From an uncultured delta proteobacterium (GTDB lineage Bacteria; Myxococcota; Myxococcia; Myxococcales; Anaeromyxobacteraceae): a DNA stretch of 64,000 nucleotides. Where the stretch lies: contig CAVOWI010000020.1 in assembly GCA_963700085.1 (NCBI GenBank), forward strand, positions 79,450-143,449, written 5' to 3'. This document shows, in pieces, positions 22,846-34,369 of the stretch (position 1 is the stretch's first letter; the number at the start of each line of letters is the position of its first letter). A model generated the notes under the pieces. It did not search any database. It was not told the origin of the DNA and was given only the letters and a program-made list of their open reading frames with translations. A program made the position numbers and the translations under genes.

Positions 22846-23700
22846 ATGCATCTTGACCTCGTGTCCGAGATTCCCCAGCAAACCGATGAGCAACTGGTGG
22901 ACGGCGCCCGCTCGGGCGACCGCGCGTCGCTCGAGCGACTCCTGGAGCGCCACGAACGCCGCGTGTACCGGTTCGGCCTGAAGATGTGCAGGGACCCCGA
23001 AGCGGCCAAGGACGTCCTCCAGGAGACCCTGATCGCGGCTGCACGAACCGTGAAGGACTTCCGTGGCGCGTCGTCTCCCTCCACCTGGCTCTACGCCATC
23101 GCACGGAGCTTCTGCATCAAGCAGCGCCGCCGGTCCAAGTTCGCCCCGGAGCACGAGGAGTCGATCGACACCGCCGGCACGGGGCGCGAGGTCCTGGAGA
23201 TCGCCGACCCGGCAAGGTCCCCGGACGATGTCCTCTCCGGCCGGCAGGTGGAGCGCGCGCTCGAAAAGGCCATCGCGGAGCTCGACCCCATGTACCGGGA
23301 GATTCTCCTGCTGCGCGACGTCGAGGGGCTCTCTGCGTCCGAGGTGGCGGAGGCGGTCGGCGTGAGCGTCGAGGCGGTGAAGAGCCGGCTCCATCGCGCC
23401 CGGGTGGCGGTTCGGGAGAAGCTGGCCCCGCTCCTCTCGGGCGAGCCGGAGAGCCCGATCACGGAGGCCTGTCCGGAGGTGGTCTCCCTCTTCTCCCGGC
23501 ACCTGGAGGGGGAGATCTCCGCGCCGGTCTGCGAGGAGATGGAGCGGCACCTGGCAGGATGTCGGCGCTGCAGCGAGCGCTGCGCCACGTTGCAGCAGAC
23601 GCTCACCTCCTGCGCCCGGACGCCACTGCCCGATGTCCCGGTCCCGGTGCAGCAGGACGTGAGGCGGGCGCTCCGCCAGTTCCTGGAGCGAACGGCCTGA
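22846..23700 (+). CDS. ECF-type sigma-70 family factor fused to a C-terminal zinc-finger (ZAS, HxxxCxxC) anti-sigma-like domain
   Basis: Region 2 (...RRVYRFGLKMCRDPEAAKDVLQETLIAAARTVKDFRG...TWLYAIARSF) and region 4 (...YREILLLRDVEGLSASEVAEAVGVSVEAVKSRLHRARVAVREKL) are followed by an approximately 85-aa tail, CPEVVSLFSRHLEGEISAPVCEEMERHLAGCRRCSERCATLQQTLTSC (6 Cys). No TM segment. ATG 22846 (MHLDLV...) is preferred over track start 22822. Confidence 0.85.
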   Translation: MHLDLVSEIPQQTDEQLVDGARSGDRASLERLLERHERRVYRFGLKMCRDPEAAKDVLQETLIAAARTVKDFRGASSPSTWLYAIARSFCIKQRRRSKFAPEHEESIDTAGTGREVLEIADPARSPDDVLSGRQVERALEKAIAELDPMYREILLLRDVEGLSASEVAEAVGVSVEAVKSRLHRARVAVREKLAPLLSGEPESPITEACPEVVSLFSRHLEGEISAPVCEEMERHLAGCRRCSERCATLQQTLTSCARTPLPDVPVPVQQDVRRALRQFLERTA

Positions 23701-23730
23701 GCGGCGCCGGCGACGCGCGTAGATCGTCCC

Positions 23731-24421
23731 GTGGCCGTCTTCCGCCTGCCGCACGAGCCGATATTTCCGGACCCGGAACTGGCCGAGCCCGACGGGCTGC
23801 TCGCCGTGGGCGGCGACCTGTCGCCCGACCGGCTCCTGCGCGCGTACGCCGATGGGATCTTCCCCTGGTACTCGGAGGAAACCCCCATCCTCTGGTGGTC
23901 GCCCGAGCCGCGAATGGTTCTCCTCCCCGCGGAGTTCCACGTCCCGCGGTCGCTGCGTCGCACCATGCGGAGCCGGCGCCTTCGAGGTTCGCGCCGACAC
24001 CGCCTTCGGCGAGGTGATCCGGCGCTGCGCGGGAAAGGATCGGCCGGGGCAGGATGGCACCTGGATCACCCCGGAGATGATCCTGGCCTACGAGCGGCTT
24101 CACGACCTCGGCTTCGCCCACTCCTTCGAGGCCTGGGAGGGCGGTGAGCTGGCCGGCGGGCTCTACGGCGTCTCGCTCGGCGCGGCATTCTTCGGCGAGT
24201 CGATGTTCGCCGACCGGCCCGACGCCTCGAAGGTGGCCTTCGCGGCGTCGGTCGAGTGGCTGAGGGGGCGCGGGTTCGAGCTCATCGACTGCCAGGTCGA
24301 CACGGAGCACCTCCGGCGCTTCGGGGCGCGAGAGATTCCGCGGGCGGAGTTCCTGGCGCGGCTGCGGAACGCGATGTCGAGCGCGACCGTGCGGGGCAAG
24401 TGGAAGATCGACGGGGAGTAG
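23731..24421 (+). CDS. aat: Leucyl/phenylalanyl-tRNA--protein transferase; frameshifted as assembled
   Basis: N-terminus ...[45 protein letters not shown]...SLRRTMRS is in frame 1. The continuation [19 protein letters not shown]...[25 protein letters not shown]...[20 protein letters not shown]... is in track ORF 23852..24421. The span is 691 nt (1 mod 3), with an extra c near 23971-23977. Confidence 0.85.
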
Positions 24422-24436
24422 CTCCGGTCGCCCACG

Positions 24437-24455
24437 GCGCCGGTCGCACCGGCGC
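24437..24455 (+). terminator. GC-rich hairpin GCGCCGGT-cgc-ACCGGCGC 16 nt after the aat stop (terminator-like, no U tract)
   Basis: Perfect 8-bp stem read directly. The absence of a T-run makes the call tentative. Confidence 0.3.
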
Positions 24456-24992
24456 TCGAGCCTCGTCTGCCGCGACCGCGCCGCTCTCGCCTCCGCCGCG
24501 CTTGTCCTCGCTCGCCGGTGTACCCGGGGTCGCCGCGAGGGCGAGCGACGCATCCGCCCCGGTGAGGCTCCGGCGCGGGGTTTCCAGTTGATCCGCTGCG
24601 GAGGCGCGGCTCCGACGAGACGACGCGGTCGCTGGACAACGGGTGGCGAGGCGGTGCCGCTCGCCGCCGCACGGCGACGAGTGGATGGAAATTTCACCAC
24701 CGGTACAGGAAGAAACGTGCCTCTCGAGCGGGGACCATCCGACCCCGGGGCCAGCACCCGCCCCGGTCGCCTCTCCGCCCGATCCTCGTCAGCCGGCGCC
24801 GGCGCCACTCGCAGCAGTGCCTCCGCAGGGGCGCCGAGGACCGCCCAGGCCCGAGCGCGCCGTGCCTCGGCGCCATCCAGCCGCGAACGCCCTTCCCCGA
24901 GGACCAGCACTGCGGAGAGGGGTGACCGGCGGCGGCGGCACGGAATCCCGCGCCGCGGAGAGCACACCCGCCGGGTCTTCTGGCACCGGTCG

Positions 24993-26925
24993 TCAGGGCC
25001 CCAGGGTCCTCTCGAGGAAGTCGACCGTGGTGACCAGCGCGTAATCCCGGTTCTCCTTCTTCTGGAACCCGTGCCCCTCGTCGAGGGCCAGCAGGTACCA
25101 CACGTCCTTCCCCTTCCCTCGCACGGCAGCGACAATCTGCTCGGCCTCGCTCTGCGGCACGCGAGGGTCGTTCTTTCCCTGGATGACGTAGAGCGCGGCG
25201 GCGATGTCCCCGGCCCGGTGGAGCGGAGAGATGCGCTCCTGCACGGCGCGCACCGCCGGGTCGCGCTCGTCCCCGTACTCTGCCCGGCGAAGGTCGCGCC
25301 GGTAGGGCGCGGTGGACTCGAGGAAGGTGGGGATGCTGGAGATGCCCACCACGTCGACGGCGGAGCGGATCCGCGACGGGTAGAATGCGGCCGTGGCGAG
25401 GACCATGTACCCGCCGTACGACCCGCCGTAGACGCCCACGCGTCCGGCGTCGAGGTCGGGGCGCGAGGCCACGTAGTCGAGCGTGGCCTCGATGTCGCCG
25501 AGGGCCTCTTCCCGCTTCACCCCGTCGTCCATGGCCAGGAAGGCCTTCCCGTATCCCGACGAGCCGCGCACGTTGGGAAGGAGCACCGCCATGCCCCGCT
25601 GCACGAGCAGCTGGGCGAGCGGCTGGAACGTCGGGCGCTCCTGCGCCTCGGGCCCTCCGTGCCAGGAGAATCACCACTGGCCGCTTTCCGCCGCCCTTCG
25701 GGAGGTAGAGCCAGGCGGGGATCGAGACGCCGTCCCTTGCCGGGTAGTGGACCAGAACCGGCTCGACCAGGGTCGAGGGATCGACGCCTCCGATCTCCGA
25801 CCGGGTCCAGCGAACCGGTTCCTTCTTGCCCGGCGTCACCTGCCAGACGTCACCGGGAGAGCGGGGCGTCGCGAGCCCGAGGAAGAGCGACCCGGGCTTG
25901 CCGGCGGGGAAACGCAGGCCACCTGCCACACCCTGGGGCAATTCCCCGGGAACGAGCTTTCCGCTGCGCGGCTCGAGGAAGTAGAGCCGGCTGGTCCCGT
26001 CGGCGTTCGCGGTCAGTGCCAGGCGGCTGCCGTCCCGTGCCACCGCGAGCCCCTCCACGTCCCATCGCAGGTTGCGGGTGAGCGGCCGCGGCGCCGCGGA
26101 GGCATCGGCGAGGTCGAGCCGGTAGAGCTCGTCGAAGTCGCCCTGCCGGTTGGTGACGAAGTAGACCGACTTCCCGTCGGCCGAGAACCGGGCCGCGCCC
26201 ACCGAGCCCTTTCCCTCGGTGGGCGTGAGCGCGCGCCGGGCGCCCGTCGGCACGTCGACCAGGTAGAGATCGGAGTCGGCGATGGAGCGGTAGCGGACGA
26301 CGAGCAGCTGCCTCCCGTCGCGGGAGAAGTCCACGGGATGCCAGGTGCCCGGCTCCTCGAAGAGGATGCGCGCCTGGCTGGGGCGCGCGGTCTCGGCGAC
26401 GAGGACGTCGGTGTCCTTGCCGTTCCTTCCCGTGCTGCCGTAGGCGAGCAGCCGGCCGTCGGGAGACAGGACGAGCGACTCGTGCCGGCTCTTCCCGTCG
26501 GTGATCCGCTCGCTTCGCCCGGTGCGCCGGTCGAGCCGGTGGATCTGCCAGTTCTCCGAGCCGCCCAGGTCGCGGAGGAAGTACACCACCATGGAGTCGC
26601 CGGGCAGGAACGCCCCCTGCGACACGGGCTCGCGGCCGAAGGTGATCTGCGTTCGCGCCCCGAGCGGTCGGTCGACGACGTGCAGCTGCATGCTCTGGCT
26701 GAAGCGGGTGGCGATGAGCACCTCGTCGCCGCTGGCCGAGACGTCGAGGAGGCGCGCGCTGCGGGCCTCCAGCAACTGCTCGGCCCGTTGCCATGCTGCG
26801 TCGGGAACCGCCGGGACTCCGGCCTGCAGGAGATTGGGGCGGCCGGGCACGGCGGCCATGCCCGGCGCGGCGGGAGCAGGGGCCTGGGCGGCAAGGAGTG
26901 CGAGGGAGAGCGAGAGAACCTTCAT
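24993..26925 (-). CDS. S9 family (prolyl oligopeptidase/dipeptidyl peptidase-like) serine peptidase with N-terminal beta-propeller; frameshifted as assembled
   Basis: Signal peptide MKVLSLSLALLAAQA. WD40/TolB-like propeller repeats (..SPDGRLLAYGS.., ..FSRDGRQLLVV.., ..FSADGKSVYFV.., ..VARDGSRLALT..). The catalytic domain is in track ORF 24993..25604, with GGSYGG (Ser), GKNDPRV (Asp) and DEGHGF (His). The join ...KRPVVIL / WHGGPEAQERPTFQPLAQLLVQRGMAVL needs removal of one base near 25660-25668. The span is 1933 nt (1 mod 3). Confidence 0.85.
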
Positions 26926-27795
26926 GGCGGGGTCAGCCTCGTGGACGGGTGGGTCAGCTTCTCGGAGATCTGCCAGAGACGCAGGGCCGCGTCGTCGTCG
27001 CGCGCGGCTCGCGAAGGGGTCTTCTCGCGGCAGTCGGCGAAGTACCGCCCGGTCACCCCGACGAGCTCGGGGGCGGTGGCGACGTGAAGCGTGGTCCGCG
27101 CCCCTCTCTCCGGCGAGGCGAGGAAGGGGGCTCCGAGGGCGACCAGCCGGCTGAAGACGCCCCGGCCGTTCCGCCCGAAGCCGGAGGCGATGGCGCCCGG
27201 GTGGAGGGCGTTCGCGGTCACGCCCCGCCCGCCCAGGCGTCGCGCCAGCTCCCGCGTGAAGAGCAGGTTGGCCAGCTTCGACTGCTGGTACGCCCTCCAC
27301 ATCGAGTAGGCGCGCTCGCCTTGCAGATCGTCGAAGTCGATCGACCCTCGCTGCGTGCGCCACCGAGGATACGTTCACTATACGTGACGCGGAAGCCGCT
27401 TCGACGAGGGGGAGCAACTCGAGGGTGAGGAGGAAGTAGGCGAGGTGGTTCAGCGCGAAGGTCATCTCCAGGCCGTCGGCGGAGAGCTTCCGCTCGTCGA
27501 AGATGGCGCCGGCGTTGTTCACGAGCAGGTCGAGCCGCGGCGTCAGCTCCCGGACCTCCTGGGCCAGCCGGCACACCTCCGACTGCGAGGACAGGTCGGC
27601 GAGAAGCAGGTCGGGCGCCCGGCCTCTGGACACCTCCCGGATGTCCGCTGCGGTCGCCTCGCCCCGGTCGCGATCGCGCGCCACGAGCAGGACCCGGGCT
27701 CCCCTTCGGGCCAGTTCCTTCGCGGTGACCCGCCCGATGCCGTTCGTCGCGCCCGTGACGAGCGCAGTCTTGCCATCCAGGCTGTCCACCATCAC
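26922..27795 (-). CDS. Short-chain dehydrogenase/reductase (SDR); frameshifted as assembled
   Basis: TGATNGIG cofactor motif, NNAG, and catalytic YQQSK. The N-terminal half (to ...IVNVSSVAH) and C-terminal half (QRGSIDFDDLQGERAYSMWRAYQQSKLANLLF..., track ORF 26922..27302) are in different frames. The span is 874 nt (1 mod 3), with an extra g near 27350-27358. Confidence 0.8.
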
Positions 27796-27857
27796 GCCTC
27801 CCCCTAATCGACCCTGGCCGGAACGGCACGGGCGGCGCCCGGGGTTAAGATAGCTCC

Positions 27858-28181
27858 ATGCCAGAGAGGGGCCAGCCGGGCGGCGACAACCAAACCGTCA
27901 CCCGGACGAGGTCGAAACCCAGAACGCGTCTGCCCCCGCTGTACAAGGTGCTGTTGCACAACGACGACTACACGACCATGGAATTCGTGGTGCACGTGCT
28001 CGAGACCGTCTTCTGTCATCCCTCGCCGGTGGCCATGAGGATCATGCTCTCCATCCACCATCGAGGCGTTGCCGTGGCCGGGGTCTTTCCACACGAGATC
28101 GCCGAGACGAAGGCGAACAAGGTCATGGAAATGGCCCGCGAGGCCGAGTATCCCCTTCTCTGTACGGTCGAACCCGAGTAG
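27858..28181 (+). CDS. clpS: ATP-dependent Clp protease adaptor ClpS
   Basis: 107 aa. LYKVLLHNDDYTTMEFVVHVLETVF...A..IMLSIHHRGVAVAGVF..EIAETK is the canonical ClpS core. Lies directly upstream of clpA. Confidence 0.95.
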   Translation: MPERGQPGGDNQTVTRTRSKPRTRLPPLYKVLLHNDDYTTMEFVVHVLETVFCHPSPVAMRIMLSIHHRGVAVAGVFPHEIAETKANKVMEMAREAEYPLLCTVEPE

Positions 28182-28192
28182 CAGGAGCATCG

Positions 28193-30502
<2,310 letters not shown>

Positions 30503-30520
30503 GGCCTCGGGCGTCGGCGC

Positions 30521-33112
30521 GTGGTAGAACGCGCCGTGCGCCCCCTCCCGGTCGACGCCATCCTGCCGGACGTCGTGGCGGCCCTTCGCGACGGGCGTTC
30601 GCTCGTCGTCGAGGCTCCCCCGGGCGCTGGCAAGACGACACGCATCCCCCCCGCCCTGCTCGCGGCCGGCCTGGCGGGGGACGGCGAGGTCGTCGTCCTC
30701 GAGCCGCGTCGGCTGGCGGCGCGGATGGCGGCACGTCGCGTCGCCGAGGAGATGGGGGAGCGGCCCGGGCAGACCGTCGGATGGCAGGTGCGCTTCGAGG
30801 AGGTCTCCGGACCGGGGACCCGGCTGCGATACGTCACCGAGGGCCTGCTGACGCGCCGGCTCGTTTCGGACCCAGGCCTGCCCGGCGTGGGCGCGGTGGT
30901 GCTCGACGAGTTCCACGAGCGCCACCTGCAGGGGGACCTGGCGCTGGCCCTCCTGCGCCGGCTCCAGGCGTCCTCGCGCCCGGATCTCAAGATCGTCGTG
31001 ATGTCCGCCACGCTCGACGCGGCACCGGTGGCCCGCTATCTCGGCGCCCCGTCGCTGCGCTCGGAGGGGCGGCTCTTCGAGGTCGGCGTCGAGTACCTGT
31101 CGCCAGCCGACGCGGCGAAGGACGACCGGCTGGAGGACCGGGTGGCCTCGGCCGTACGACGCCTGGTGAGCGAGTCCCCGGAGGGGGACGTGCTCGTCTT
31201 CCTCCCTGGCATGGCGGAGATCCGCCGCGCCGCCCAGGCCTGCGCGCCGCTCGCCGCCCGGACCGGGTTCGACGTGCTGCCCCTCCACGGCGATCTCTCG
31301 CCGGAGGAGCAGGACCGGGCGGTTCGACCCGGGGCGCGGCGGAAGGTCATCCTCTCCACCAACGTCGCCGAGACCTCCGTGACCATCGAGGGCGTCACTG
31401 CGGTGGTGGACTCCGGACTGGCCCGCGTCGCCTCCCACTCCCCCTGGTCCGGTCTGCCGCGCCTGGAGGTGCGCCGGGTTTCGAAGGCCTCGGGCATCCA
31501 GCGGGCCGGGCGCGCCGGGCGAACCGCGCCGGGGCGCTGCCTCCGGCTCTACACCCGGCACGACTTCGACACGCGGCCGGAGTTCGATCTGCCGGAGATC
31601 CTTCGCGAGGACCTGTCCGAGACCCTGCTCTCCGTTGCCTCCCTGGGCGTCGGGAACCTCGAGTGGCTCGACGCGCCCCCTCTGGCTGCGGCGGAGGCGG
31701 CCCTCACCCTGCTTCGCGACCTCGGGGCGTTGAACGCGGGCGGGGCCATCTCTCCGATCGGACGGCGGCTGCTCCGCTTTCCGCTTCACCCTCGCCTGGC
31801 CCGGCTCGTGGTGGAGGCGGACGAGCGCGGCGCCGGATCGGCCGGGGCGCTCCTCGCGGCGCTGCTCGCCGAGCGGGACATTCGCGAACGGGCTCCTGAC
31901 CGCGGACGGGGGACGCCTCCCACCGGCCCCTCCGACCTCCTCGAGCTCGCCCACCTGTTCGAGGAAGCCGCGCGGGCCCGCTTCGAGCCGGGCCGGATGC
32001 GATCGATGGGGCTCTCCCCGGGCGCGACCCAGGCGGTGGATCGAAGCCAGAGGCAGCTCGCACAGCTCCTGGGGCGCGGCCGGCCGCGGAAGCCCGCCGA
32101 GGACTCGGAGGCGGCTCTCCTCCTCGCGACGCTCGCCGCCTATCCGGACCGGGTGGCACGGCGCCGCGCGCCGGGCAGCGCCGAGGTGGTACTCGCCGGG
32201 GGCGGCTCGGCTCGACTCGACGAGGCGAGCGTGGTGCGCGATGCGCCCTTCCTCGTGGCGGTCGACGCGGACGAACGGCGGGATCGGAGACCTCCGGGCG
32301 CAGGTCCGGCGACCGGCCGAGGGGGGCAGGCCCTGGTCCGGGTGGCGTCCTCGGTCACACCGCAGATGCTCCTCGACCTCTTCCCGGACGAGCTGCGCTG
32401 GGAGGAAGAAGTGACCTGGAACGCCGAGGCCGAGCGGGTCGACGCCTTCGAGCGGATGCGCTACCGCGACCTCATCCTGGAGGAAACGCGAAAGCCGGTG
32501 CCCGATCCGGAGCGCGCCTCGGCGCTTCTCGCCGAGGCGGCACTGGCCCGGGGCGCGCGAAGCTTCGGGGAAGAAGGCGAGATCGACCGACTGATGGCGC
32601 GCCTCGCCTTCGTGGCCCGGGCAGCGCCGGAGAGCGCAATCGTCGCGCCCACCGAGGAGGACGTCGCCACCGCGCTGAGGGAGGCCTGTGCGGGACGCCG
32701 CAGCTTCGCCGACCTGCGCGAGGCGGGTGTGGCGTCGTCCCTCCTCTCGCGGCTCCCTCCGGACCGCCGCGCGCTCCTGGAACGGCTCGCCCCGGAGAGG
32801 GTCACGCTGGGGAATGGCCGGACCGTGCGGGTGAGCTACGAGGCGGGAGAGAAGCCGCCCTGGGTGGAGAGCCGGCTGCAGGACTTCTTCGGCTCGGACC
32901 GGGGACCAACCGTGGCCGCCGGCCGGGTGGCGCTGGTGCTGCACCTGCTCGCGCCCAACATGCGCGCCGTTCAGGTGACCACCGACCTGGCCGGGTTCTG
33001 GGAGCGCCACTATCCGGCGCTGCGGCGCGAACTCATGCGCCGCTACCCGCGCCACGCCTGGCCGGAGGATCCGCGGACGGCCCGCCCCCCGGAGCCGCGC
33101 GGGAGGCGGTGA
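30521..33112 (+). CDS. hrpB: ATP-dependent RNA helicase HrpB (DEAH-box)
   Basis: 863 aa. APPGAGKTT, VVLDEFHERH (DEFH), MSATLD, SIEGV, QRAGRAGR, and a C-terminal HrpB-specific region. The start could be GTG 30536. Confidence 0.9.
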   Translation: MVERAVRPLPVDAILPDVVAALRDGRSLVVEAPPGAGKTTRIPPALLAAGLAGDGEVVVLEPRRLAARMAARRVAEEMGERPGQTVGWQVRFEEVSGPGTRLRYVTEGLLTRRLVSDPGLPGVGAVVLDEFHERHLQGDLALALLRRLQASSRPDLKIVVMSATLDAAPVARYLGAPSLRSEGRLFEVGVEYLSPADAAKDDRLEDRVASAVRRLVSESPEGDVLVFLPGMAEIRRAAQACAPLAARTGFDVLPLHGDLSPEEQDRAVRPGARRKVILSTNVAETSVTIEGVTAVVDSGLARVASHSPWSGLPRLEVRRVSKASGIQRAGRAGRTAPGRCLRLYTRHDFDTRPEFDLPEILREDLSETLLSVASLGVGNLEWLDAPPLAAAEAALTLLRDLGALNAGGAISPIGRRLLRFPLHPRLARLVVEADERGAGSAGALLAALLAERDIRERAPDRGRGTPPTGPSDLLELAHLFEEAARARFEPGRMRSMGLSPGATQAVDRSQRQLAQLLGRGRPRKPAEDSEAALLLATLAAYPDRVARRRAPGSAEVVLAGGGSARLDEASVVRDAPFLVAVDADERRDRRPPGAGPATGRGGQALVRVASSVTPQMLLDLFPDELRWEEEVTWNAEAERVDAFERMRYRDLILEETRKPVPDPERASALLAEAALARGARSFGEEGEIDRLMARLAFVARAAPESAIVAPTEEDVATALREACAGRRSFADLREAGVASSLLSRLPPDRRALLERLAPERVTLGNGRTVRVSYEAGEKPPWVESRLQDFFGSDRGPTVAAGRVALVLHLLAPNMRAVQVTTDLAGFWERHYPALRRELMRRYPRHAWPEDPRTARPPEPRGRR

Positions 33113-33141
33113 GCGCACCGGGGCCCCTCGGGCCCGGTACC

Positions 33142-33800
33142 TCAACCCGCCAGCGCCCGGACAGCCCCCGCCGCCACCGCGAAGTGGAGGCCCGCGGCGG
33201 CGATGACGAGCGCGTGGAACACCTCGTGGTAGCCGAAGACCCTGGGAAACGGGTCTGGCCTTCGGGTCGCGTAGATGATCGCACCGACGCTGTAGAGCAG
33301 CCCGCCGGCGGCGAGGAGCGCCATGGGACCGGCCCGAGTGCACGGTACATGGCCGGGGCGAGAGGCACCGCCGCCCAGCCGAGCAGGAGGTAGAGCGCAG
33401 TGGCCACCCCCCGGGGCGCCTTCGGCCAGAGGAGCGCTCGCAGGATTCCCACGCCGGCTCCGGCCCACACCAGGGCCAGCATCGTGCTCGCGAAGGCGTC
33501 GCCGAGCAGCAGGCACAGGGGCGTGAAGGTCCCGGCGATGAGCAGGAAGATGGCCGAGTGGTCGAGCCGCCGCATCCAGAGGAGCGCCCTCGGACCCCAG
33601 TCGGGCCGGTGGTAGAGGGCGCTCACCGAGAAGAGCGCCACGAGGCTGCACCCGTAGACCAGGGCGGCCGTGCGGGCCCGCGGGCCCGGTGCGAGGAGCA
33701 CCAGCGCCACCAGCCCGGCCAGCGCGACCCCGGCGGCGATCTCGTGGGAGACCCCGCGAAGGAGCGGCTTCGTACGAGGCGGTGCGGGAGCTCGTTCCAT
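33142..33800 (-). CDS. Hemolysin III / PAQR family channel protein; frameshifted as assembled
   Basis: LLRGVSHEIAA..., SALYHR..., RRLDHSAIFLLIAGTFTP... in frame 1. The C-terminus ...GPMALLAAGGLLYSVGAIIYATRRPDPFPRVFGYHEVFHALVIAAAGLHF is in track ORF 33142..33819. The span is 659 nt (2 mod 3), implying one missing base near 33325-33338. Confidence 0.8.
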
Positions 33801-33849
33801 CGAGGGGGAACCTATCCACCCCTCGTCACCCGCCTGTCACGGCGCGCCG

Positions 33850-34368
33850 CTATTTCGCGGGGAGCTTCAGCCCCATCGCGATCATGGCGAGGAGGGCCTC
33901 TGCATTGGCCTTGGCGTCGTTGACCGGGTCGTGGTCGTGGACCGTCTTCCGGAGGTGCTTCCAGGTGGCGTAGCCGTCCTTGACCATGCCGCAGTAGAGG
34001 TCGCCGATGCGGCGTCCGGACCAGCCGAAGGGACTTCGCCCCAGGTAGGTGTGGAAGTACCAGTTCACGAACTGCCAGTCGAAGGCCAGGTTGTCGGAGG
34101 CGAAGACCGGCCTCCCCTTCGAGTTCTCGACCACCCAGGCCTCGAAGCGCTCCATCACCTCGCGGGGGTCGTCGAAGGTCTCGTGCTCGGGGCGGCCGAA
34201 GCCGCTGATGGCCAGCGCCTCGGGGAGCCATTCCTTCGAGATGGGCCGGGTGCGGCCGTAGAAGGTCTTCGAGAGGGTGGGCTCCACGATCACCGCCCCC
34301 AGGCAGACCATGGAGTACTTGCCCGGGATGGGACCGTCGGCCTCGACGTCCACGACGACGAGCGACAC
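33850..34368 (-). CDS. DEDDh-type 3'-5' exonuclease (DnaQ-like fold)
   Basis: 172 aa. Exo motifs VVVDVEADG, FASDNLAFDW, HDHDPVNDA. GTG start 1 nt from the upstream decarboxylase stop. Confidence 0.7.
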   Translation of the reverse strand: MSLVVVDVEADGPIPGKYSMVCLGAVIVEPTLSKTFYGRTRPISKEWLPEALAISGFGRPEHETFDDPREVMERFEAWVVENSKGRPVFASDNLAFDWQFVNWYFHTYLGRSPFGWSGRRIGDLYCGMVKDGYATWKHLRKTVHDHDPVNDAKANAEALLAMIAMGLKLPAK

Positions 34369-34369
34369 G

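Noticed and set aside
24163-25135. Track ORFs in the aat / S9-peptidase convergent spacer (24163..24672, 24643..25044, 24789..24986 and part of 23603..25135)
   Set aside because: They have Pro/Arg/Gly-rich sequences without motifs and mediocre third-position GC compared with real genes here. Several are antisense to aat. They are kept only as an unassigned-spacer observation.
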